A stretch of DNA of 63,471 nucleotides, counting the filler, from Anaerolineae bacterium (GTDB lineage: Bacteria; Chloroflexota; Anaerolineae; Epilineales; Epilineaceae): NCBI GenBank assembly GCA_029262755.1. It is 5 parts of 5 records of this genome, joined end to end, with 100 filler letters (N's around TTAATTAATTAA, not from the genome) between each part and the next. Parts side by side here need not be neighbours in the genome. Positions count along the whole stretch, not along the records: positions 1 to 13,476 come from JAJCYU010000192.1; 4 more parts are not named here. One strand, 5' to 3'. Shown here one piece after another: positions 1 to 10,906 of this stretch; position 1 is the first letter of the stretch, and the number at the start of each line of letters is the position of its first letter. Under the pieces are notes generated by a model. That model had not been told where the DNA came from, did no database searches, and saw only the letters and a list, made by a program, of their open reading frames with translations. The translations under genes were made by a program, and so were the position numbers.

Positions 1-2257
1 TCGCCTCCCCATCGCCCTCCAACGCGTCGATGATCTCGCCGATCTCGAGCTGGAACACGTCGTCCCGTTCTTGGATACGGCCGTCGTCCACCAGCAGATC
101 ACCAGCCTCTCGCGCCGCTTCCTTCACGAGCATGAGCATGCGGATGAGGGCGAACTTGGGGTGCTCCCGGGCGGCAAACGCGCCGCGCGCCACCCACGCC
201 ATCCGCCGGACGATCCGCGCGCGAACCGGACCGAGCAGCCCGCCGCCCGCCGCCCGCGCGAGCAGGTCCACGCTCGCCTCGCCCTCCGCGCGCATCCGGG
301 CGTGGTGCGCACGGTGGGCGCCCAACTCGCCCATGTCCTCGTGAAGGCGGCCGGCCACCATCGCGAGCAGCGACGCGGCATCCTCGCTCCAACGCGGCCG
401 GGCGATGTCGATCTCCGACGGGCCGCGCATGCCGTAGCGCGCGAGGAAGGAGGCCCACGCGGTACGAAATGCGGCGGCCTCGTCCATGTCCGCGAGGAGC
501 GCGAGCGCCGCGTCGGGGTCGCCGGCCTTGTCGAGCAGCACGTCGCGCACGGCAGGACTCCGGCCCGCAATGTCGGCGAGATCGCCGACCGCGAGGTCCA
601 TCTCCGTCGTGACGTTGCCCTCGAGCCCGCGCAGGAGGTCGTCGATCATGGAGGCCTCGACGCGACCGCGTGTGAGGCGCCGCACGAGCAGGCGGGCGAA
701 CATGCCCGACGCGATGATCGGAAAGAGGCGCATCACGAGACGGTCGAAGAGCGTGGCCATCTCGGTGCGTGCGGCGCGCAGTCGCGGCGCGCCCGGCTCC
801 GCGCCAGCCAGGCGCGTAGCGAAGGCGGATACCATCGGCTCGGTGACCGCCTCGACGTCGGACACGGCGCGTTCCGGGACGGCGCGGGCCATCCGGCCGA
901 GGGCATGCGCGGCGAGCGGGCCGACCACGCGCAGGAAGCCGACCGGCGTGACGCGCGGCCGCACGTCCGATAGGCGCGCGAGGAACTCCGGCCGCGCTAC
1001 GAGATCGCCGATGGTCGCGGCGCTGCGCGCATCGGCCACGCTCAGCATCCGCGGCAGCATGTGCCGCGCGGGTGGGAGGCGCATGGCCGGCGTGACGTCG
1101 ACGTACAGACGGCCGCCCGCTTCGACCAGAATCATGGATAGGGCATCGGGATCGGCCTTCCCGAAGGGGATCAACGTACGCCAGATCGAGCGGCTGAGCG
1201 CCGGCATGGCATCGGTCATCACCTGGGCATGGCTGAAGCTGAAGTACGCATGCAGGGCGTTGTCTTCCGGTGCCGGTGCCGGCAGCGGGTAGAGCGTGGT
1301 GATCGGCCGCGACTGGAGCACCCAGATGGCGCCCGCGTCGTCGATCGCCCACTCGATGTCCTGTGGCGAGCCGAAGTGCGCCGCGATGCGCGTCCCGAGC
1401 GCGGCCAGCGCCACCGCCTGCGCGTCTTCGAGCGCAAGCGCGGCGGCGCGGTCGGGCGCGATGGCCTCGGTCACGGTGCCGCCCTCCGGCAACGATCGGA
1501 TCGCGTGTCGCTTGTCGCCCGCGGTCGCGTCGATCACCTGCCCGGTCCGCGTATCCACGCGGATGTTGTCCGCGGTGATCGTGCCGCCGACGAGAGCCTC
1601 GCCCAGGCCCCAGCCCGCGTCGATCGCGGCGATGTGGCGGTGGCCGGTGAGCGGATCGGCGGTGAAGAGAATGCCCGACACCTCCGGCTCCACCATCCGC
1701 TGCACGACCACGGACAACCGGACGGCCCTTTGGTCGAAGCCGTTCTGGATGCGGTAGAGGATGGCGCGATCGGTGTAGAGCGAGATCCAGCAACGGCGTA
1801 CAGCGGCGAGCAAGGCGGCTTCGCCGCGCACGTTGAGGTAGGTGTCCTGCTGGCCCGCGAAGCTGGCGCCGGGGAGGTCCTCCGCCGTCGCGCTGGAGCG
1901 TACGGCGTAGGCGTGCTCGCTGCCGGCCGACCGCCACGCGTCGACGACGGCAGCGGCGACGGCGCTCGGTATCGGCCATGTGGCCAATGCAGTGCGGATC
2001 GCCGCGCCGGCCGTACGTGCCGCGCTCACGTCCGCGGCGCCGACGGCGGCGAGCGCGTCGAGGAGCCGCGCCCGCTCGTCGGCCGGGCCGCCGTCGAGGA
2101 ACGCATCGAAGCCGTGCGTGGTGACGCAGAAGCCCGGCGGCACCGCGAATTCGGCCGCCGCGAGCGCACCCAGGTTGGCGCCCTTGCCGCCGACCAACGC
2201 GCTGTCGTCGCGGCCGATCGCGGCGAAGGGCAGGACAAGGGCGTTGGCTTCATGCAT
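1..2257 (-). CDS. PEP/pyruvate-binding domain enzyme, rifamycin-inactivating phosphotransferase-like (3' end outside window)
   Basis: Not in the ORF track because it runs off the left edge. Translated by hand from ATG at 2257 (GGAG upstream): MHEANALVLPFAAIGRDDSALVGGKGANLG...VRSSATAEDLPGASFAGQQDTYLNV (ATP-grasp domain), then FSFSHAQVMTDAM, YGMRGPSEIDIARPRWSED and REHPKF, which resemble the RPH middle domain. Confidence 0.8.
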   Translation of the reverse strand, partial: MHEANALVLPFAAIGRDDSALVGGKGANLGALAAAEFAVPPGFCVTTHGFDAFLDGGPADERARLLDALAAVGAADVSAARTAGAAIRTALATWPIPSAVAAAVVDAWRSAGSEHAYAVRSSATAEDLPGASFAGQQDTYLNVRGEAALLAAVRRCWISLYTDRAILYRIQNGFDQRAVRLSVVVQRMVEPEVSGILFTADPLTGHRHIAAIDAGWGLGEALVGGTITADNIRVDTRTGQVIDATAGDKRHAIRSLPEGGTVTEAIAPDRAAALALEDAQAVALAALGTRIAAHFGSPQDIEWAIDDAGAIWVLQSRPITTLYPLPAPAPEDNALHAYFSFSHAQVMTDAMPALSRSIWRTLIPFGKADPDALSMILVEAGGRLYVDVTPAMRLPPARHMLPRMLSVADARSAATIGDLVARPEFLARLSDVRPRVTPVGFLRVVGPLAAHALGRMARAVPERAVSDVEAVTEPMVSAFATRLAGAEPGAPRLRAARTEMATLFDRLVMRLFPIIASGMFARLLVRRLTRGRVEASMIDDLLRGLEGNVTTEMDLAVGDLADIAGRSPAVRDVLLDKAGDPDAALALLADMDEAAAFRTAWASFLARYGMRGPSEIDIARPRWSEDAASLLAMVAGRLHEDMGELGAHRAHHARMRAEGEASVDLLARAAGGGLLGPVRARIVRRMAWVARGAFAAREHPKFALIRMLMLVKEAAREAGDLLVDDGRIQERDDVFQLEIGEIIDALEGDGEA

Positions 2258-2409
2258 CGTGGCGCTCCATTCACGGTCGATGCGTCGTCTCCAACAGCAT
2301 GACCATCGTATCATGCCGGTCCCCGCCCACAATTGACCGAACCTGTGCCCTCACTCACCATTCGCCCGACGATTTTCGCCGCTTCCACGACGAAACAGGA
2401 CGACTTCCC

Positions 2410-2880
2410 ATGAAAGAGACCCCCGCCACCGCGGCGACCATCCAGACCAGCAAGGGCACGATCGAGCTTGAGCTGTGGCCCGACAAGGCGCCCGGCCACG
2501 TGGCCAACTTCAAGAAGCTGGCCGACAAGGGCTTCTACGACGGGCTGATCTTCCACCGCGTGATCCCGGACTTCATGGTCCAGACCGGTTGTCCGGAGGG
2601 CACGGGCACGGCCGGCCCCGGTTGGAACGTGGACGCCGAGTTCAACGACGCGAGCTTTACGAAGGGCGTGCTCGGCATGGCGCGCTCGTCGGATCCCAAC
2701 AGCGCCGGCTCCCAGTTCTTCGTGTGCACGGCCGATTGCGACTGGCTCGACGGGCAGTACACGGCCTTCGGCAAGGTGACCGCGGGCCAGGACGTGGCCG
2801 ATGCGATCAGCGCCGTGGACCGCGATCACGGTGACCGGCCTTTCGACACGATCAAGATGGAGAAGGTCACGGTTCGCTAG
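2410..2880 (+). CDS. Cyclophilin-type peptidyl-prolyl cis-trans isomerase
   Basis: FYDGLIFHRVIPDFMVQTG, GVLGMARSSDPNSAGSQFF, WLDGQYTAFG motifs. Confidence 0.95.
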   Translation: MKETPATAATIQTSKGTIELELWPDKAPGHVANFKKLADKGFYDGLIFHRVIPDFMVQTGCPEGTGTAGPGWNVDAEFNDASFTKGVLGMARSSDPNSAGSQFFVCTADCDWLDGQYTAFGKVTAGQDVADAISAVDRDHGDRPFDTIKMEKVTVR

Positions 2881-2900
2881 GCGTGCCCCCTAGACCCGCG

Positions 2901-3836
2901 ATGAACGCAACGCGCGACCTGCGCGCGCTGGCCGACCGGCCGGCCGAGCAGGTCGCGCTTGCGTTGTCGTTGCTGCGTGAAGGGCGTGCGCTGCCCGCGG
3001 TGAAGGCGGCCGTCAAGGTCCTGCTCGCGGCCGGACCGGACCCCGCCTTCGCCCCTGTACTGCGCGAGCGCTTCGCATGGTTCCACGCCGCCGGCACGAA
3101 GCGCGATCAGGGCGGCTATATCCGCGCCGCGCTGCTGGAGCCGATGCGTCACCTCGTCGATCGCAGCGATGTGCCGTGGTTGGAGGATGCGCTCGTCACC
3201 TACGAGTTCCTGCCGGCCGGTGAGGTGGCGACCTTCGTGCGCGCCGGCGCGCTCCTCGCGCTCGCGGAGCTGGATCCGGACCGCGCCGCCTTTCATGCCG
3301 TGCGTTTGCTCGTCGAACCCAAGCCGCACACGCAGGTGATGACCGGCGAGCCGGCGGTCACCGCCGCGCGGCTACTCGCCGCGCAGGGGCGCATGCTTCC
3401 GCTATACGGCCTGGCCTCCAGCGCGGCGCCACAGATCCCCGACGTGCTCGGCGAATGCCTGCGCCTGCTGGCCGACGATCTGCCCGCGCCGCTGCTGCCC
3501 TTCTTGTTGGAGCTCCACCTTTCCGGCCAGAACGACGTCGTGCTCGTCGGCGCGATCGACCTCGTGCTCGGCCATACGGACGGAGCCTCGCAGCGTGAGG
3601 CGCTGGGCGCGTTCCTCAAATCCACTCGGCGCAAGGAGGTCCACCGCTACGCGGCCGCGGCCATCGTGGCCAGCCGCAAGCCGGATCTCGTCACGGTGCT
3701 GGAGGATGCGCTCAAGCTGGAACAGGACGGGGCCAAGCTGCAGGCCTTGGTCGACGCGCTCACCCTGCTGCCACCCGAGACCGAGCGCGAGCGCTTGCTC
3801 GACAGCGCACGCAAGCGCCTGGCCGGCCGGCGCTGA
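2901..3836 (+). CDS. Hypothetical alpha-helical (HEAT-repeat-like) protein
   Basis: Leu/Ala-rich helical ORF with good codon usage between the cyclophilin and recQ. Confidence 0.65.
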   Translation: MNATRDLRALADRPAEQVALALSLLREGRALPAVKAAVKVLLAAGPDPAFAPVLRERFAWFHAAGTKRDQGGYIRAALLEPMRHLVDRSDVPWLEDALVTYEFLPAGEVATFVRAGALLALAELDPDRAAFHAVRLLVEPKPHTQVMTGEPAVTAARLLAAQGRMLPLYGLASSAAPQIPDVLGECLRLLADDLPAPLLPFLLELHLSGQNDVVLVGAIDLVLGHTDGASQREALGAFLKSTRRKEVHRYAAAAIVASRKPDLVTVLEDALKLEQDGAKLQALVDALTLLPPETERERLLDSARKRLAGRR

Positions 3837-3887
3837 CATGACAAGATCTTGCTTGGTGGCATTCGCGCCACCCGGTACCCTACGTCC

Positions 3888-6164
<2,277 letters not shown>

Positions 6165-6269
6165 CGACGGCGGTGGGTGGTTGGTGGCGTCGAGTAGCGT
6201 GGTCGCCGGCGCGAACCGCGGTCACGTCACGGGCGCGGGTCGGTCGGCGGAACCGTCGAAGTCGTTGAG

Positions 6270-6432
6270 GCGCGGTTGACGTGTGTAAGCCCGGTCCTTG
6301 GAGCAGTCGACGTAGTTGATCTGCGCTTGACAGCACGGTCGACGTACGTGAGTCCGGTCGTCAGCGCAGTCGACGTGCGTAGGGCGCGATCGACGTATCC
6401 TACCCGCGGTCGTCGGCGCGATCGACGTGCGT
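6270..6432. repeat. Three degenerate ~45-bp direct repeats, each with two T(C/T)GACGT cores
   Basis: Cores at 6276/6307, 6339/6370 and 6390/6422 (31, 31 and 32 bp apart) in the gap between convergent genes. Confidence 0.55.
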
Positions 6433-6438
6433 GCCCCG

Positions 6439-7920
6439 TCAATCGGTCCGGATCAGCCTCGGCAGGTAGAGGAGATATCCGGCTGACAGCGAAGGTACGG
6501 TGGGCCGCACATCGGTCGGCGTTGCGCTCGAAGGGCTTCGCGTCGGGGTCAGCGTGCGGGTTGGTATCGACGTCCGCATTGGTGTCGCTGTTCGGGTAGG
6601 GGTAGACGTGGCATCGGGAGGCGCGCCGTTTGGCGTCTCGGTTGCCGCGGGGGTCGGCGACGATCCACTGCTGCGTGCAGCGGCGGTCGCCGTCGCATTC
6701 GCCGCGAACGATCCGCAGTCATCGTCCTTGCGCCCCTCCCGGTAGATGCACACCCGCTCCGCGCGGAAGCGATCGATCACCCGGTCGGCGCGGAACAGTG
6801 AGATTAACCCCGGTCCCGGCGCAGCCGCGAGAGCATGCTCGCCCGGCGTGAGATCGGCCGCGGCGCGCAATTGGTAGCGGTAGGCCAGCGTTCCTTCACG
6901 CGCGGGGCGGACGGATTCGGTCCACGCGATCCAATGCGGGCTCGCTTCGTCGGGGGCTCGGGGCAACACACCGGAGGATTCGAGGGTCCAGGCGTCGTCG
7001 TCCAAGGGATGCTCGTAGCGCAGTGACGTCGGCGCCTGTTCGCGCAACGTGGCGTCCACGATGGCGTCGATGATCTCCGCGAGATCCGCGCCGGCCGGCG
7101 AATGGCTCTCGAAGAACAATCCCGTGGTCGCGCAGCCGGCGTAGCGTCGCTCGGCCGCGGGCAGGGAGACAATGGCGAGGGCGAGCGACGCCGTGGCGCT
7201 AAAGCAGGCGCCTGTGTTCTCATCACCCCGATTCTGGAAGGGCTGCCCTGCGTCCACCAAGAGGACGATCCGCCTGGGCGCAGCCGGCATGTTGCCTACG
7301 GCGGCCTGCAGGCCCGTGAACTGGCGCGGATCCCCGTCCATCGGCTCTTCGAGGCGCCCGATCGCAGCCCGGACCGCGTCGCGATGCGCCTTCCCGCCAG
7401 CGACCTCAGCGTCGAGCCGCCACGACCTGGCATAGCGCAAGAGCCCCACACGGGCGTCGACGGCATCCGCGGCATCGAGCAGACGTGGCATCGCCAGCTT
7501 CAACGAGAACAGCGGTTGGGGTAGACCCCAGGCCTGACTGCCGCGAAGTGCCTCGCTGTCTTCGATGGCGATCATCAGATCGGTCGGCGGGAGGTTGCGG
7601 CCGTCACAGGCCCAGCGAACGTCGACGCGCACGGTCGCCACGTCTCCCGCTCGCAGAACCGGGGGCGAGACCGACCGCTGCATGACGACCCCGCATGGCA
7701 CGGTCGGCGCGATCGGCGTCGGTCCCGGGGTCGGCGGTCGCGGCCCGCCGCGCTGGGCAGGGGACGAGGAGGGCGACGAGGCGAGTACGGCCGGGATCGT
7801 GGTTGAGGTCGACGCCGATCGCATCAAGATCGGCGCGATCAGGCCGCCGCTCGCGCCGGCGACGAGGACGACGACGACGGGAACGGCGAGCCGCCTTCGA
7901 CGCTGCTTGGGCACGCGCAT
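6439..7920 (-). CDS. Secreted/membrane-anchored VWA-domain protein with degenerate MIDAS, Pro/Thr linker and C-terminal YLP motif
   Basis: N-terminal hydrophobic segment, VWA-like core (LMIAIEDSEAL...RVGLLRY...RIVLLVDAG), PT-rich tail ending YLLYLPRLIRTD. Confidence 0.75.
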   Translation of the reverse strand: MRVPKQRRRRLAVPVVVVLVAGASGGLIAPILMRSASTSTTIPAVLASSPSSSPAQRGGPRPPTPGPTPIAPTVPCGVVMQRSVSPPVLRAGDVATVRVDVRWACDGRNLPPTDLMIAIEDSEALRGSQAWGLPQPLFSLKLAMPRLLDAADAVDARVGLLRYARSWRLDAEVAGGKAHRDAVRAAIGRLEEPMDGDPRQFTGLQAAVGNMPAAPRRIVLLVDAGQPFQNRGDENTGACFSATASLALAIVSLPAAERRYAGCATTGLFFESHSPAGADLAEIIDAIVDATLREQAPTSLRYEHPLDDDAWTLESSGVLPRAPDEASPHWIAWTESVRPAREGTLAYRYQLRAAADLTPGEHALAAAPGPGLISLFRADRVIDRFRAERVCIYREGRKDDDCGSFAANATATAAARSSGSSPTPAATETPNGAPPDATSTPTRTATPMRTSIPTRTLTPTRSPSSATPTDVRPTVPSLSAGYLLYLPRLIRTD

Positions 7921-7972
7921 GGCCCCATCATACAGCCATGCCAGTGTCCATCCGGCAGTTCATTCGTGCGCG

Positions 7973-8000
7973 CGCAACCTTCCTTTCTCGACCCTTGTAT
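7973..8000 (+). promoter_or_regulatory. Putative ECF sigma-dependent autoregulatory promoter
   Basis: CGCAAC-N17-TGTAT ending 9 nt before the sigma ATG; identical boxes and spacing recur at 10001-10028. Confidence 0.65.
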
Positions 8001-8009
8001 CCTCCCCAC

Positions 8010-8576
8010 ATGTCGCATCCGCCCGACCGCGAGCTGGCCCTGGCTGCCAGACGCGGCGACCCCGACGCCTTTGGCGAGCTTGTCCGACGTCATCAGGCGT
8101 CGGTCTTTAACGTTTGCTATCGCTTGTTGGCCAACGCCGCCGAGGCGGAGGACCAGGTGCAGGAGACCTTCTTGCGTGCCTATCGGAAGCTCGCCCTCTA
8201 CGATCCATCGCGCCCGTTCGGGCCGTGGATTCGACGCGTGGCGACGAACCTGTGTTACAACCACCTGCAGAAGAACCGCCCGGTGCGCGTCGCGCTGGAG
8301 GACGAGCGCGACCGTCCGGCGGAAGGCGAGGCGATGGATCCGGCGAGTGCGGCGCAGCGCAGCGTGCGCGCCGCGGCGCTACGCCGGGCGATCGCCGTCC
8401 TACCACCGCACTACCGCGCCGTCATCGAGCTACGCCACTTTCAAGGGCTGAGCTACGGCGAGATCGCCGACACGCTCGGCCAACCGCTCTCCAACGTCAA
8501 GAGCCACTTGTTCCGCGCTCGGCGCCAACTGGAACAATCCATGCGCGAGGAAGGATGGGGTGATGTCAACGCCTGA
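8010..8576 (+). CDS. ECF RNA polymerase sigma factor (SigW-like)
   Basis: GDPDAFGELVRRHQ, AEDQVQETFLRAY, FGPWIRRVATN, region 4 LSYGEIADTLGQPLSNVKSHLFRAR. Confidence 0.95.
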   Translation: MSHPPDRELALAARRGDPDAFGELVRRHQASVFNVCYRLLANAAEAEDQVQETFLRAYRKLALYDPSRPFGPWIRRVATNLCYNHLQKNRPVRVALEDERDRPAEGEAMDPASAAQRSVRAAALRRAIAVLPPHYRAVIELRHFQGLSYGEIADTLGQPLSNVKSHLFRARRQLEQSMREEGWGDVNA

Positions 8577-9306
8577 TGATCGGGTCGATCCGACGGGCCG
8601 CGGGCACGGTAAGCAAGGCGGCCAGGGTGGGAACGGCGGACACAGTGGGCATGTCGGGCATGTGCCCGTGGACAGTCGTCACCTGGATGAGCCGACGCTG
8701 CATGCCTATCTCGACCGGGAGCTGCCGTCGACGGACCTCGCCATCGCCTCATCGCATCTGACGGAGTGTGACGACTGCGCCCGGCGCCTTGCGACGCTGC
8801 GCTCGCTCTTCACGTCGCTGGAATCGCTGCCGGATCTCGCTCCGACGCGCGATGTGTCGGCCTCCGTGGTCGCGGCGATCCGGAGCCGGCAGACCGCGCC
8901 AACTCCGGTCGTGCGCCGCCGCTTGTGGTGGCTCGTGCCGCAGGCGCTCGTCGCGCTGATGCTCCTGGGCTTTGCGCTGCCGTCCCTCGACGCCACCTGG
9001 TTGGCATGGACGACCGGCGCCGACGCATTGCCGGCGCCGGCGAGCGTTCGCGAGGTCACGCAGGCCTGGACGGCGTTGGTCGCCGGCGGCGAGGATGCCT
9101 CGCTTCGACTGCGCACCGCGCTTGGGCAAGGCTGGGAGAGTTTGGACGAGTCGACGAGCGCCGCGCTCGCGCCCTATGCCGGTTGGCCGGCGGCTAGCTG
9201 GGCCGGCTTGCTGCTTGCGCTGATCCCCCCCTGGTGGCTCGCCAACCGATGGCTGGTACGCGTGGCCCAACCCAATACCATGTCGCGCGAACATCACGCG
9301 GTCTGA
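8563..9306 (+). CDS. Zinc-finger (ZAS/zf-HC2) membrane anti-sigma factor
   Basis: HLDEPTLHAYLD...HLTECDDC (HxxxCxxC) followed by transmembrane segments; overlaps the sigma stop. Confidence 0.85.
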   Translation: MSTPDDRVDPTGRGHGKQGGQGGNGGHSGHVGHVPVDSRHLDEPTLHAYLDRELPSTDLAIASSHLTECDDCARRLATLRSLFTSLESLPDLAPTRDVSASVVAAIRSRQTAPTPVVRRRLWWLVPQALVALMLLGFALPSLDATWLAWTTGADALPAPASVREVTQAWTALVAGGEDASLRLRTALGQGWESLDESTSAALAPYAGWPAASWAGLLLALIPPWWLANRWLVRVAQPNTMSREHHAV

Positions 9307-9327
9307 TCGCGCCGGAGGAGGCGAACG

Positions 9328-9909
9328 ATGGAAGCCCTGTTGTTGATCCTGATCTTGTTGGCTGTCGGTGCCACCACGGCCGTGCTGTTGCTCGTTCTCG
9401 GTGCGTTGTTCCCGGATACGGTTGCGGACATTCGGCGCACGGCGGACGCAATGCCGGGCCGCTCTTTGGGCGTCGGCGTGGTCAACTTCCTCTTTCTCGC
9501 CGCGCTCACCGCAACCTTCGGCGCGCTCAGCGATCGCGGCGGCGGTCCGATCGCCGGGCTTCTGGCGGTGCTCTTCCTTTCCGCGCTCGCGTTGCTGGTC
9601 ACCTTCGGCCTGGCCGGCGTCTCCAGCCTGGTCGGTCGGCGCTTGTTTCCCGAGCGCGAACCGCGCGGCGCGGATGCACGAGGGGCGGGCCTGCTGAGCT
9701 TCGCCAGCCTCGCACCCTTCGTCGGCTGGTTCGGCTTGCTGCCCTACGCGGCCTTGCTCGGCCTAGGCGCGTTCCTCCTAGGCCGCCTCCTCTCGTGGCG
9801 CGCGTCCGCACCCGTCGTCGCCACACCGGGTGCGGACCGCGCCGTGCACGGAGAGCACGTCTTGCCTAGCGAGCACGACGGCCGCGACGGGGATCCATCC
9901 GCCGGTTGA
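9328..9909 (+). CDS. Multi-pass membrane protein
   Basis: GGAGG RBS, several hydrophobic helices, PFVGWF motif. Confidence 0.75.
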   Translation: MEALLLILILLAVGATTAVLLLVLGALFPDTVADIRRTADAMPGRSLGVGVVNFLFLAALTATFGALSDRGGGPIAGLLAVLFLSALALLVTFGLAGVSSLVGRRLFPEREPRGADARGAGLLSFASLAPFVGWFGLLPYAALLGLGAFLLGRLLSWRASAPVVATPGADRAVHGEHVLPSEHDGRDGDPSAG

Positions 9910-10000
9910 TTGCTCGAGGCGCCGGATTCCGCCGACGTGCCTCGCGACTCCCTTCCCGCAATCGCATCTCCGCGGCCAATCACCCTCCCCTCACCCTTCC

Positions 10001-10028
10001 CGCAACGAAATCGATCCTCCGCCTGTAT
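10001..10028 (+). promoter_or_regulatory. Putative internal ECF sigma-dependent promoter
   Basis: CGCAAC-N17-TGTAT in the ~245-bp intergenic gap, matching 7973-8000. Confidence 0.6.
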
Positions 10029-10153
10029 TCCGATCAATCGCAGCCGCACCCGCGGTGAGCTTGCGATCAGGATGAAGCGGAATCGATCGGCCCCGCATTC
10101 GGACTCGTACAGCCGAAGCGTGCGGCCTCCGGGAAGTGAGGGTGACCGTGACC

Positions 10154-10906
10154 ATGGCCGATGTACAGGCAGCGTTCGGAATCTTGTTGGCGTTGGGGAT
10201 CGCGTTCCCCGGACTGTTGGTGGCAGTCCGGCTACTCCTACCGCGTGCGGTCGCCACCTCGAGTGCGCGTATCGAAGCGCACCCGGCCCGCAGCTTCGGC
10301 CGCGGCCTCTTGCGCGCCGGACTCGCGGGGCTCGCGATCTTCGCATTTCTCGCGGCCGCGGCCGGACCGATCCAGCTCGTGGGCGCCCTCCTTGGCTTCG
10401 CGACCCTAGCTTGGGCTGCCGTCGGAGCAGCCGGGCTGGCCGACATGATGAGCGGACGGATGCTGACACCGGGATCGGCTGGGCCAGCGGCCGGCGGAAC
10501 TGCATTCAACCCAACGGCTTCCCACGGGCCTACGTCATCTCTGGGACCATGGCAGGCCTTCGCATTGTCCGCGGTCGCATTGGAGCTGGCGGCCGTGTTC
10601 CCCGCCGTCGGCTGGTTCGTGATCCTGCCATTCCTGCTGATCCTATGCCTGGGCGCCGCGCCAAGGCCGATGCGCCTTTCGTGGACCTTCGCGCGAACCG
10701 CCGGCGCGAGCGCGATGTCGCCCACGACGCCATCCGTGACGGGGCGGTCCGAGGCAGGAGGCTTCGAAGCGCCCCGATCCGAAGCGGTTCGGTTCGATTC
10801 AGCACCCGCCCCTGCAGCTCCCTTGAATTCAACGCAGCTGGATCCAGCGCCCATCGTAGACGCGCCGCCCTCCGACCTTCGGCGTAGGCGCGAGCTCAGC
10901 TCGTGA
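10154..10906 (+). CDS. Multi-pass membrane protein, paralogue of 9328-9909
   Basis: LLPRAVATSSARIEAHPARSFGRG and PAVGWFVILPFLLILCLGA align with the equivalent segments of the upstream gene. Confidence 0.7.
   Translation: MADVQAAFGILLALGIAFPGLLVAVRLLLPRAVATSSARIEAHPARSFGRGLLRAGLAGLAIFAFLAAAAGPIQLVGALLGFATLAWAAVGAAGLADMMSGRMLTPGSAGPAAGGTAFNPTASHGPTSSLGPWQAFALSAVALELAAVFPAVGWFVILPFLLILCLGAAPRPMRLSWTFARTAGASAMSPTTPSVTGRSEAGGFEAPRSEAVRFDSAPAPAAPLNSTQLDPAPIVDAPPSDLRRRRELSS

Noticed and set aside
71..2302. Long listed ORFs 71-973, 99-1979 and 1229-2302
   Set aside because: Antisense or off-frame shadows of the unlisted phosphotransferase gene; Arg/Pro-rich high-GC artefacts.
9910..10887. ORF in frame directly after the TGA of 9328-9909, suggesting selenocysteine readthrough
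   Set aside because: The continuation is Arg/Pro-rich, has no redox motif, and overlaps the real membrane gene in another frame.
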